Source: a virus
Virus record (IMG/VR): IMGVR_UViG_3300045988_166055
Coordinates: 32,001-96,000 of that record
Direction: 5' to 3' (one strand)
DNA length: 64,000 bases
This document shows, piece after piece, positions 44,206 through 53,366 of this stretch (its first letter is position 1; each line of letters begins with the position of its first letter). Under the pieces are notes generated by a model. The model ran no database searches. It saw only the letters and a list, made by a program, of their open reading frames with translations, and was not told where the DNA came from. The position numbers were made by a program, and so were the translations under genes.

Positions 44206-44765
44206 TGGTGACAAAAATGAAAATACTGAACTGCATTCTTACAAACAATGATATAGAATATCCTGAAGTAGGAACAAAGTATGGATTTGGGAGAACCGAA
44301 GACGATATTCACACAGGAGTAAATATAAAGTGTAAAAATGTTTACTCTATATGCGACGGTGTTGTTATTGATTCGGCAAAGTATAAAAATGGATATCTGG
44401 TTTTGATTCAATATGACAATACAATTTGTTTGTTGTACAGTATGCTTCGAGAGTCGTTTGTTGTTCCTGGGCAACTTATCCGAAAGGGTACAATTTTAGG
44501 AACAACAGACGACTTTGTCCATTTTGAATATTTGAGAACAGATAAAAATCCTCTTAGTTTAACATTTATATATAAATCAATAGCACTACATCCTAACGAA
44601 CCTAAAGAAGTTCTTGACGGCTCATACAATTTCTATTCATCAATAGAGACAAGATACAGCAACTATTCTCTAGAAGGAGATTATTCTACTGAAATTATTA
44701 CAGATTTTAGCAAGCTTCCTCCTTCATTTTTGGCAGAAACTGCAAGCATGGGAGAGGGTGAGTAA
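44205..44765 (+). CDS. M23/LytM-like domain protein with degenerate metal-binding motifs
   Basis: 'DIHTGVNIK' replaces HxGxD, 'LLYSML' replaces Y.HL, and 'FVHFEYL' replaces HLHFE. The overall spacing is M23-like. Confidence 0.5.
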   Translation: MVTKMKILNCILTNNDIEYPEVGTKYGFGRTEDDIHTGVNIKCKNVYSICDGVVIDSAKYKNGYLVLIQYDNTICLLYSMLRESFVVPGQLIRKGTILGTTDDFVHFEYLRTDKNPLSLTFIYKSIALHPNEPKEVLDGSYNFYSSIETRYSNYSLEGDYSTEIITDFSKLPPSFLAETASMGEGE

Positions 44766-44767
44766 GG

Positions 44768-45973
44768 TTGCCTAGTTACTCAAATAGTAGTTTAGCTACA
44801 GTGAAGATACTAACAAAAAATTATGGAAGCAGAACAGATAGCAGATTCAATAATCCATCTGGAGTAATTGATCATATTGTTATTCACCACATGGCAGGTG
44901 TAATGTCTGCAGAAAGTTGTGGTAACTGGTTCAAATATGGTACCGATGGAGCATCCTCAAATTATGGAATAGGAAGAGATGGAGATATTGGACTATATGT
45001 AGAGGAAAAGAATAGGTCATGGGCAACATCGAGTGGAAAGATTGATTGCAGAGCAGTAACAATAGAAGTTTCAAATAGTGTTGCCGGTGGTGAATGGCCT
45101 GTAAGTGATGCGTCATATAAATCGCTGATAAAACTTGTTGCAGATATTTGCAAGAGAAACGGAATAAAACGATTGAACTATACAGGTGACAAATCTGGAA
45201 ACTTACATATGCACAAATGGTATGCTTCTACAGCCTGCCCTGGACCATATTTAGAAGCAAGATTTCCTGATATAGCTAATCAAGTAAATAATATTTTATC
45301 AAATCCTTCATATAATCCTACTAGGTCACCGTCGTCGGTAAACATAAGTATAGATTCAAGTATACCTGCTGATACAACAACTGCTTATGCTTTAGCTGTA
45401 AATGGAGGAATACTTCCATCACCTGAACAAATAGACCCATATGTAATAACAATAAATAGAAAAGTAAAATCAGTAGACTTCAAGAAGATAAAAGAACTTG
45501 GAGTAATAGGGGTAGTTGTTGAATTAGGTTTCCTATTTGATTCAACGCATTCAAAAGTTGAATTTAGAAATCCTAATTTAATAAATCAGATACATATGAT
45601 TCAGGACGAAAATCTTCTATACGGTATGTATTTCAACGGAAGAGCAAGAACATTACAAGAAGCTAAAGAAGAAATGTATGAAGTGTATCTTGCTGTAAAA
45701 TCATTTCATCCTAATTTAGGGTTCTGGGTAGTTCCGTCATTCACATTCAACAAAACAAAAAATGATGAAATACTAAAGTTATACAAAGAGACATTAGAAG
45801 AACTCGGACTTAAGGGTCAGATAGGTCTATACACTAAACGTGAAGAATTAAAGAAGATAGACTGGGAAAAGGATTCGGAAGATTGGTTGCTTTGGATTGA
45901 CGATCATATTGATGCTTTTAACAACATAACTGAACTTCTTACACCTATGTTCTTTGCATACAATAATCAATGA
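44768..45973 (+). CDS. N-acetylmuramoyl-L-alanine amidase (Amidase_2/PGRP type) with C-terminal GH25-like domain
   Basis: 'IDHIVIHHMAG', 'AVTIEVSN' and 'HKWYASTACPG' are amidase_2 motifs. The C-terminal 'VDFKKIKELGVIGVVVELG...YGMYFNGRA' resembles a GH25 barrel but lacks an obvious DxS/DxE start. Confidence 0.75.
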   Translation: MPSYSNSSLATVKILTKNYGSRTDSRFNNPSGVIDHIVIHHMAGVMSAESCGNWFKYGTDGASSNYGIGRDGDIGLYVEEKNRSWATSSGKIDCRAVTIEVSNSVAGGEWPVSDASYKSLIKLVADICKRNGIKRLNYTGDKSGNLHMHKWYASTACPGPYLEARFPDIANQVNNILSNPSYNPTRSPSSVNISIDSSIPADTTTAYALAVNGGILPSPEQIDPYVITINRKVKSVDFKKIKELGVIGVVVELGFLFDSTHSKVEFRNPNLINQIHMIQDENLLYGMYFNGRARTLQEAKEEMYEVYLAVKSFHPNLGFWVVPSFTFNKTKNDEILKLYKETLEELGLKGQIGLYTKREELKKIDWEKDSEDWLLWIDDHIDAFNNITELLTPMFFAYNNQ

Positions 45974-45984
45974 GGTGATTATTT

Positions 45985-47670
45985 ATGGCCTTCAAGCCTA
46001 GGACAACTGCACCGAATAAAGGGGACTACTATTGGTACGGAGGTAGCCCATTCTATCCTTCATATGGTATGCCAAACTGTACAACATATGCTTGGGGCAG
46101 GTTCTGGGAGATACTAGGAGAAAGACCTAAACTTTGTACAGGTAATGCCGGAACATGGTACAGCTACACTCAGGATGGATACAAAAGAGGAAGTAAACCT
46201 GCATTAGGCGCTGTAGCTTGTTGGGCAAAACCGGGAGCAGCCGGTCATGTAGCAATAGTCGAGAAAATAAACTCAGATGGTTCTATTGTTACTTCTGAAA
46301 GCGGTTGGAAATCGTCTACCTTTTGGTGGACATCCACAAGGTGGCCAAATAATTATGCAAATAACGCATACACATTTCAAGGATTTATATACAATCCGGC
46401 TGTAAGCTCATCATCTAATTCAGAAGATAATGTACTAGCAAAATTCTTACAAGCTGCTAGATCAAAGATAGGTCAAGATGGAACATGGGCATGGTCTACA
46501 TCTGGATTATCAAAACCTCAACCATGGTGTGCAGCATTTGTTGTAGCTTGTGCAAAAGCTGTAGGAGTATTAGGAAAAATAATTCCTACTGACTATGGTG
46601 CTGGAAGTTTATGTAGAACAGGCGTAGCAAACGGCTGGGGAAAGTTCTATACAGGTCCTTGGCATGGAACAAATTTCAAACCTCAGCCCGGTGACATGAT
46701 TGTATATAGATGGGACAGTAGGTCATCCTATTCAGGGCATGACAAATACTATTCAGATCATATAGGTATTGTAGAGTCATTTGACGGATCGGTTGTTCAT
46801 ACAATAGAAGGAAACTCGGGTCCTGGAGGAAGCAATGAAAAAAGAAAAGTTGTTACGCATAATTATGATTATACATATAGTTGTATAAACGGATACTACA
46901 GACCTGATTGGGAGAAAGTAGGAGGATTTGTTGGCGGGCTAGGCAGTGGATCATCAGGGTACATTGGTCCTCTATATGATTACCAAAACACAAAGCAAGA
47001 TTCAATAATAAGAGAGATAGGATACTTGAATTCCTCATCAGAACCTTCTATAAAAACATCTGATATTAAATTATCTGTAGTTAACTATACATCATTGTTC
47101 ACTGCAATGTATAATTCTGCTGCTTCTAGTGTTTTAGGTTCGTCAAGATACATTGTTTCTTCAGATTTAGATCTAAGCAATGTTGAATCTGTTGCAAGAG
47201 AGATAGTTAAGTTCTGTATGACGAAGGGTCTCCCATCTTCATCTGGCGTAGGAATTGTAGCTAATATATACGCGGAATGCTCATTGAATATATCGTTAGG
47301 GCCAATAATGGACAGTAACGGTCAGTATTCTGGTGGTATGTGTATGTGGAATGGAGATAACTGGAGAGCTTTCTTACAATTTGTTGGAAGTGATTGGAAG
47401 ACAGATTTATCAGGACAATGTGAATTTTTATTTCATTACATTGATCAAAACTATTCTTGGTACAAGAGTCTTGTAAAGCGGTACTACGGATCAAATCTTG
47501 GATTAGTTGAATATCTTTCTCAGCTTCCAAATACAGAAGAAGGCGCTAAGAAAGCTGCAGATGTCTTTGTAAGATGCTATGAAAGACCTGCAAACATGGA
47601 TTATCAATCTTCTAAGCGTCAAGGCTTTGCATCAGACTTCTGGAAGAAACTGACACCAATATTGAGGTAG
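45985..47670 (+). CDS. tail-associated multidomain peptidoglycan hydrolase (CHAP + second CHAP/NlpC-like + phage tail lysozyme-like)
   Basis: 'PNCTTYAWGRF...GHVAIVEK' is CHAP. 'PWCAAFVVACAK...SDHIGIVES...TIEGNSG' is a second Cys/His domain. 'GIVANIYAECSLN...GGMCMWNGDNW' is phage tail lysozyme-like. Confidence 0.75.
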   Translation: MAFKPRTTAPNKGDYYWYGGSPFYPSYGMPNCTTYAWGRFWEILGERPKLCTGNAGTWYSYTQDGYKRGSKPALGAVACWAKPGAAGHVAIVEKINSDGSIVTSESGWKSSTFWWTSTRWPNNYANNAYTFQGFIYNPAVSSSSNSEDNVLAKFLQAARSKIGQDGTWAWSTSGLSKPQPWCAAFVVACAKAVGVLGKIIPTDYGAGSLCRTGVANGWGKFYTGPWHGTNFKPQPGDMIVYRWDSRSSYSGHDKYYSDHIGIVESFDGSVVHTIEGNSGPGGSNEKRKVVTHNYDYTYSCINGYYRPDWEKVGGFVGGLGSGSSGYIGPLYDYQNTKQDSIIREIGYLNSSSEPSIKTSDIKLSVVNYTSLFTAMYNSAASSVLGSSRYIVSSDLDLSNVESVAREIVKFCMTKGLPSSSGVGIVANIYAECSLNISLGPIMDSNGQYSGGMCMWNGDNWRAFLQFVGSDWKTDLSGQCEFLFHYIDQNYSWYKSLVKRYYGSNLGLVEYLSQLPNTEEGAKKAADVFVRCYERPANMDYQSSKRQGFASDFWKKLTPILR

Positions 47671-47677
47671 ATGAATT

Positions 47678-47977
47678 ATGATAGTATACGGATACGCAAT
47701 GAACTATCAATATACAAACGAGGGAACAATGCTCATTCAAGTAAGGATTCCTGCTATACATGGTCCTATGAATAAGAAGGAATACAAGGGTGCTAACATA
47801 CGAAATTACGTTAATGAGGAAAACCTCCCTTGGTATCAATCATTGTTATTGCCTAACAATCCATTAAGAGGTCAAGTAGTTGCATTATCATCACTAAATG
47901 ATACTCCAAATGATTTTCTTGTTCTAGGATTAACTGGTGGGCAGTATTCACCTGCAGGATTGAATACTATTGATTGA
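47678..47977 (+). CDS. putative baseplate spike / gpV-like OB protein
   Basis: 99 aa. 'LIQVRIPAIHG...LPWYQSLLLPNNPLRGQVVALSSLNDTPNDFLVLG' fits the gpV/gp5 OB pattern. Located before the gp25-like gene. Confidence 0.45.
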   Translation: MIVYGYAMNYQYTNEGTMLIQVRIPAIHGPMNKKEYKGANIRNYVNEENLPWYQSLLLPNNPLRGQVVALSSLNDTPNDFLVLGLTGGQYSPAGLNTID

Positions 47978-47988
47978 GGTGAATTAAG

Positions 47989-48426
47989 ATGTATACAAAT
48001 TCATTAGCTTGGCCGTCAATGTTTGATGTTGCTAGAAACAAAGTTTCTGTTATAGAAGATAATCAATCAGTTGTAAATAGGTCAAAGCTCTTAATATTAA
48101 CTGATCCAACTGAGTTATATATGAATCCAAATTTTGGAGTAGGATTGAAAAAGTACTTATGGCAGTACAACACAGCCAATCAGAAAGAAAGAATAAAAGA
48201 CGATATAGTTTCTCAACTTAGATTACATGAACCGTGTTCAATTCCTGAAGAAACTCAGATTTCAGAAGGCCTCTTGTTTACAGGAACATCTGATGTAGAA
48301 ACAACAAAAGATACTCAGCAGTCACTGAAGATGACTTTAGCAATAAAAACAACATATGGATCTACACTAAATATTGATACAGCTGATTTGCAATCAATAG
48401 TAGATTATTTCAATTCGTTGACATGA
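47989..48426 (+). CDS. baseplate wedge protein, gp25/GPW-like
   Basis: 'EDNQSVVNRSKLLILTDPTELYMNPNFGVGLKKYLW...VSQLRLHEPC' fits the GPW/gp25 pattern. Confidence 0.6.
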   Translation: MYTNSLAWPSMFDVARNKVSVIEDNQSVVNRSKLLILTDPTELYMNPNFGVGLKKYLWQYNTANQKERIKDDIVSQLRLHEPCSIPEETQISEGLLFTGTSDVETTKDTQQSLKMTLAIKTTYGSTLNIDTADLQSIVDYFNSLT

Positions 48427-48444
48427 CGAAGGAGGATACATCAA

Positions 48445-50328
48445 ATGGCGGAAAATGGGCTCATAAGTTACACATCAAGAGATTATAATTCTCTTGTAAA
48501 TGAATTTTGGTCTTTGGTTCCAAAACTAACAGAACTTTGGAAACCCGAAGCTGATGCGGATCCAGGTGTTGTGCTTGGAAAGTATCTCGCTTCTGTTGCT
48601 GATATGCTTGGTGTCAATCTAGACTTTATGGCGAATGAAGTATTTGCTCCTTCAGTTTCTCAACGAAAAAACGCTGAGAAACTTTTCAGTTTGATTGGAT
48701 ATGAATTAGGATTCTATACAGCTGCAAGAACAGAAGTAACTTTCACAAATACTTCTAATGAAACAATGACAATTGATTTTGGATTCAACGGAAGTAACTT
48801 CTGCACTCTTAACGCTTATACAGATATTACAAATCAATCTAGAGTAATAACATACAATATTCTCCCTCTTACAAATAAGTATGGTACAAAGGAAACAAGA
48901 AGTCAGCGAACTGTACTTACTGAAAATATAAATGTGTTTGTTGATTCAGATATTGTTCATCTTGATCCAGGCGAAAGCTGCACAAGAGTAGCAATAGAGG
49001 GAGAGCTTCGTAGTTATAGTGTTTCGGTAGAAAAAATAAAGTCAAGTAACTACATAATAAAGCTTCCGTCGCAGCACATTGATACAACAGCTATTTGGGT
49101 GAAAGCAAAGACAAGCCAAAATGCAGATGATTTCTTGTCTACTCAGTGGATTCAATGCAACAGCCCTGCAGAATTTATTCAGCCTGAACCTAGATTCTCA
49201 GTAACATATGATAATTATTCAAATGCACAGATTCAATTCTCAAACTATCTTAACCAGCTTGAGAACTATGATAAAAACTGGATAACTATTTATTGGATTG
49301 ACTGCTCAGGTGTAATTGGATGCGTAGGTGAAAATGTTTTACAAGATTTCATGCCTGCAAAATCTGGGCAATATATTGATAGCGACTCAGGTGAATTTTC
49401 TATATCAAACTTATCAAATACTGTTGAGCTGCCTCATAGCTATACAGTAACAGGTAAGAGCCCTGAGACAGCTCGTGAAGCGTATTTCAACAGCAGAAAC
49501 TATATCAATACCTTTGACAGCTTAGTAACACTTCCCGACTTCAACAGATTTCTTAATAGAGAACCTGGAGTAGACTGCGGAGTTGTAATTGACTGTCAGA
49601 AAGCGCTTGAAATAAATCTTGCTATATACAATGATAAGAATCTAACAGATTCACAGAAGTCTAAGATGTATCTAACAAAGTATGATTTCCCTGAAGGAGA
49701 TCCAACACTTGATTGGAATTCAGTACTTGGGCTTGGGTTTGATCCATCTGATCCAAACAAGTTTGTATTTGCAACAAACTTCAAGAGGTACACAGCAATG
49801 TGCTTTGCAATACATAATGATTTCTTATCGAGTAATTACGGTTCAGGGCAGATGAATAACTCTCAGATAAAGAGGAAGACAAACTTCATTCAGTATAAAC
49901 CGCCTATTCAGTTCATTGATAATGTTGTAAGAGATTACAAACCGCTGCAAGCAATGACAGTTGATCTTCAGTTTGGCTGGTTAAGAATATTTAACTTCTA
50001 TATTGTTGGAACAATAACACCTAAGAAGTCTCTTGACAAGGATACAGCAGCTGTTATCATCAACAAGGTCAAAGAGAACCTTGCAATTTACTTCTCTCCA
50101 GCAAATAGAAATATCGGAGTCAAACCTACACTAATGGAAATTATAGATGTAGTTGAAAATAGCGATTCTAGAATAAGACATTTTGATCCAGGCAGTGCAA
50201 AGACATTGGGCATTGTTTGGTCTGATTGTGACATTGAATATTTTAACTACATCAGCTTTGCTAGATATACACCAGATGTAGCATCAGCAATGGCAATAAG
50301 GATAAATCCTGAGTATCTAAGTAATTAA
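48445..50328 (+). CDS. baseplate J-like protein (gp6/gpJ family)
   Basis: 627 aa with an AGGAGGA RBS, immediately after the gp25-like gene (conserved W-J order). Confidence 0.55.
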   Translation: MAENGLISYTSRDYNSLVNEFWSLVPKLTELWKPEADADPGVVLGKYLASVADMLGVNLDFMANEVFAPSVSQRKNAEKLFSLIGYELGFYTAARTEVTFTNTSNETMTIDFGFNGSNFCTLNAYTDITNQSRVITYNILPLTNKYGTKETRSQRTVLTENINVFVDSDIVHLDPGESCTRVAIEGELRSYSVSVEKIKSSNYIIKLPSQHIDTTAIWVKAKTSQNADDFLSTQWIQCNSPAEFIQPEPRFSVTYDNYSNAQIQFSNYLNQLENYDKNWITIYWIDCSGVIGCVGENVLQDFMPAKSGQYIDSDSGEFSISNLSNTVELPHSYTVTGKSPETAREAYFNSRNYINTFDSLVTLPDFNRFLNREPGVDCGVVIDCQKALEINLAIYNDKNLTDSQKSKMYLTKYDFPEGDPTLDWNSVLGLGFDPSDPNKFVFATNFKRYTAMCFAIHNDFLSSNYGSGQMNNSQIKRKTNFIQYKPPIQFIDNVVRDYKPLQAMTVDLQFGWLRIFNFYIVGTITPKKSLDKDTAAVIINKVKENLAIYFSPANRNIGVKPTLMEIIDVVENSDSRIRHFDPGSAKTLGIVWSDCDIEYFNYISFARYTPDVASAMAIRINPEYLSN

Positions 50329-50342
50329 GGAGGAATTGATCT

Positions 50343-51461
50343 ATGGACATGAAAAATGTTTCTGTCCCCGAAGTTTATAAGTCCAGTCAGGACTTCAGAT
50401 TCTTCCTAGATTGGTTTGAAAAAGCACTAGGTCAGATAAAGTATGACACAGAAAATCTAATTGACTGCTTTGATCCACTAAGATGCAAAGAGGATCTCTT
50501 GTGGTTACTTGGTGACACCATAGGATTCAAATATGATGATAGATTATCAGCAGCATATAACCGTCTTGTTATGCTCTATTTCATGTCTATGATAAAGAAC
50601 AAGGGATCTAAAGATGGAGTAACATTAGCTGCGGAAGTCAATCTTGCACAATTTAGTGTAATAAATTACGGGAAAGAAAAGGACATTCTTCAAAACAGAC
50701 TGGAAGATACTTCTATTCCTGTAAATGCTGTTTATGTATCTAGCGATGTAGAAAATGGGTTCATTGATATAGTTTATTTTACATCAAACGATGTTCCAAT
50801 TGACGCTTGTATAGAGTATGTAAGGCCATTAGGTATGTACTGCTTCCAGCATTCAGGTGTTAGGTTCGACGGAAGAACAAAAATATCAATTGATGCAAGA
50901 CTTACAAATGAGAATGAGAAAAGTAAACTTTCTAACTTTGTTACTCATGTAGGACATTACAGTAGAAATGATTATGCAAGAATGCAGAAGATGAAAAACG
51001 AATATCTTCACGAAGTTAACAAAGACGATAAAAGAAGGTACGCATGGTACCGAAATTCTGATGTTGAAGATAGACCAGATGAAGAAATTGATCCAGGGTA
51101 CAGATCTCTTTATTCGCTTCAGATGGCCAACAACGAACACATAGTTAAGTCACTGCTTGAACCTATATTTGGTCTAGGTAAGGAACCGCTCAAGGTAGAA
51201 ACTACTGTACCTGATAATTATGTTATAAGTAATGATGAGCCTCCTTACAATCTAAGATATGATAAAGATAAAGAAGAATCAGTTTCAAAGGATATTTATA
51301 CAATTGATCAAGATCGATCTGAAAATATCCTCAATCCTCGTCCTGCTGTAAGCCCTATAATGTCCGAGCTAGGTTCAGCAGTTTTCTTAGACGATGGAAA
51401 GACATATCTTGTTAGGGATGAAAATGGAAACATAATTAAGAAAACACTTCCAGAAGAATGA
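50343..51461 (+). CDS. baseplate protein, P2 gpI-like
   Basis: 'FFLDWFEKALGQIKYDTENLIDCFDPLRCKEDLLWLLGDTIGF' fits the tail-protein-I N-terminal pattern. It follows baseplate J. Confidence 0.45.
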   Translation: MDMKNVSVPEVYKSSQDFRFFLDWFEKALGQIKYDTENLIDCFDPLRCKEDLLWLLGDTIGFKYDDRLSAAYNRLVMLYFMSMIKNKGSKDGVTLAAEVNLAQFSVINYGKEKDILQNRLEDTSIPVNAVYVSSDVENGFIDIVYFTSNDVPIDACIEYVRPLGMYCFQHSGVRFDGRTKISIDARLTNENEKSKLSNFVTHVGHYSRNDYARMQKMKNEYLHEVNKDDKRRYAWYRNSDVEDRPDEEIDPGYRSLYSLQMANNEHIVKSLLEPIFGLGKEPLKVETTVPDNYVISNDEPPYNLRYDKDKEESVSKDIYTIDQDRSENILNPRPAVSPIMSELGSAVFLDDGKTYLVRDENGNIIKKTLPEE

Positions 51462-51464
51462 TGA

Positions 51465-51475
51465 GAACCTTGTAT
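51465..51475 (+). promoter_or_regulatory. Motif B variant (AACCTTGTATC)
   Basis: 11 of 12 positions match motif B. Intergenic, 21 nt upstream of GTG 51496. Confidence 0.35.
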
Positions 51476-51495
51476 CTTTATGAATCTTAAAGGAT

Positions 51496-51750
51496 GTGAT
51501 TTCATTGGCTGAAGATATCAAACGGATGGGAAATGGTCCGTGGAAGGAAGCTTCAGATGAAGATGTAGCTAAAGACGAAAAAGGATTTACAATGCCAAAT
51601 CTTCACAGAAGATTAGATCCTCAACAGCCTACGTCTTTATATGAAGTAGCTCCCAGAGAATATCAAATAGGTGTATACGAAAAAGATTCATACAGAACAA
51701 CAACAATAAATACTCATGATGAAGAATCTGAGTATGATGAGATTCCATAA
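51496..51750 (+). CDS. hypothetical protein
   Basis: 84-aa ORF with a GTG start. Confidence 0.5.
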   Translation: MISLAEDIKRMGNGPWKEASDEDVAKDEKGFTMPNLHRRLDPQQPTSLYEVAPREYQIGVYEKDSYRTTTINTHDEESEYDEIP

Positions 51751-51762
51751 GGAGATGATTAC

Positions 51763-52965
51763 TTGGATCAGCTTAAGAAAGTTGCAAAACAAATACCTAT
51801 AAGACACAATGTATCTATCCGAGTAATTGATCCTACTTCCGGAAATGTTGTATCCGAGCATACAGGTCACAATGCTGCAACTAATTCATTAGTTACCGGA
51901 ATTGCTCACTACTTAAAGGGCGACGGTGTCCTTAACCAAGGGTATCATATGCTAAGTTCGTATGTCCCAATGTACATATCATTAGGTACAATGGGATTGA
52001 TAAATCAAGAATCAGATTCTGAAGGGCTTCCGTCAGGTCTAGGAGTTATAAGCTATAAAGATAAGTATCCAAATGATCCAGATCTAGAGGAAGCAAACAG
52101 ATTTGTTGATTATCTAACACAGACTCCTGGATACGGTGCAGACGGATACGACCCAAATGAAAATAATGGTCGAGAATATCTAGGTCTAGGTCCTGTGTTC
52201 GAAAAAAGAGTGCATAAAGAAATAAAACAAGAAATCCTACAGATTGGTGATATAAACTTTGATGGTAAAGTAGACTATCAAGATGTTATGCTACTAGTTG
52301 ATTACAATTGCGGTGTTAAACAGCTTTCTGAAAAGCAACTTTTCGTTGCTCAAGCAGACGAAAACGGATCTGTATCTTGTGAAACTGTTCAGAAGGTAAA
52401 AGATTGTGCAGAAGGAAAGATACTTCCATCCGAACTAGGTACAGCTATTTATCAGCCTAAGAGTGCTCCAACAGTAAATTGCGAGCTTATATCTGAATCA
52501 TTTCCAAGAGCTAAAATTGCATTCAGAGATATTGTACCTGAAACGGAAGCAGAATTTCCTCAAACAGTTGATGTTGTGTATAGTGCAATGATATCTACAG
52601 GAGCACTTTCGCAATTTAGAGAAACAGATAAGGATTATATCTACATTACAGAGGCTGGTCTTTGGTCTAAGCCTGATTGGTCAGACGGAGGCGACAACGG
52701 ATTGCTTGCCGGTTACAGAATATCTCCTCCTAACTCTAACAATTGGAAGATGGCTGAATGGGATACACAGAGACATGTTTATTTTGATTCACCAGAATGC
52801 AAAGAAAACAGACGAATTCTAAAACAAAATATAATCAAAGTTAAACGAAATCAAATAGTACAAGTTGTGTGGAAGATACAGATAGGCGGAATGGATCAGC
52901 TTGGAGGAATAATGAGCCTGTACCCGCACTACTCACCGACTCTTAAATGGATAAATTGGGAATAA
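51763..52965 (+). CDS. putative tail fibre / distal tail protein carrying a dockerin-like Ca-binding module
   Basis: 400 aa with a TTG start 9 nt after AAGGAG, at the last position of the baseplate block. 'GDINFDGKVDYQDVMLLVDY' is a canonical dockerin/EF-hand loop, and a degenerate second copy 'ADENGSVSCETVQKV' lies 23 aa later. Confidence 0.5.
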   Translation: MDQLKKVAKQIPIRHNVSIRVIDPTSGNVVSEHTGHNAATNSLVTGIAHYLKGDGVLNQGYHMLSSYVPMYISLGTMGLINQESDSEGLPSGLGVISYKDKYPNDPDLEEANRFVDYLTQTPGYGADGYDPNENNGREYLGLGPVFEKRVHKEIKQEILQIGDINFDGKVDYQDVMLLVDYNCGVKQLSEKQLFVAQADENGSVSCETVQKVKDCAEGKILPSELGTAIYQPKSAPTVNCELISESFPRAKIAFRDIVPETEAEFPQTVDVVYSAMISTGALSQFRETDKDYIYITEAGLWSKPDWSDGGDNGLLAGYRISPPNSNNWKMAEWDTQRHVYFDSPECKENRRILKQNIIKVKRNQIVQVVWKIQIGGMDQLGGIMSLYPHYSPTLKWINWE

Positions 52966-52977
52966 GGAGTGATAGAT

Positions 52978-53355
52978 TTGAAGAAGGTAATACATGCTGC
53001 TGAAGAAGAATACAGTCAGATTCTATTTACTCCTTCATCTCTAGTTGATTTCTTAACTCAAGTAGACGAGCTTAAAGATGTCAACATAGGCGTAAATGAT
53101 GACGGAGAAAATGTTTCAATCTCTATCGGGGATTCAACATATCAAATAAATCCTAAGTCAGTTACAAATATTGATGTATCTGATGATGATCTAGATCAAG
53201 CTTGTCAAGCGAACGAAAGTAATTATGACGAGCTTGAAGAGTCAGGTTCAATTGAAGTGAATGATTCAGTTGAATCGGGAATCATAAAACAGCTATTAAA
53301 GACCTTAGCAATAGGCGGAATAGTACGTTTAGCTGCTAAGGAATTGAAAAATTGA
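52978..53355 (+). CDS. acidic protein with amphipathic basic C-terminus
   Basis: TTG 52978 lies 8 nt after AAGGAG; the track GTG 52969 abuts the SD. It is D/E-rich and ends with 'ESGIIKQLLKTLAIGGIVRLAAKELKN'. Confidence 0.5.
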   Translation: MKKVIHAAEEEYSQILFTPSSLVDFLTQVDELKDVNIGVNDDGENVSISIGDSTYQINPKSVTNIDVSDDDLDQACQANESNYDELEESGSIEVNDSVESGIIKQLLKTLAIGGIVRLAAKELKN

Positions 53356-53366
53356 GGTATTGGAAT

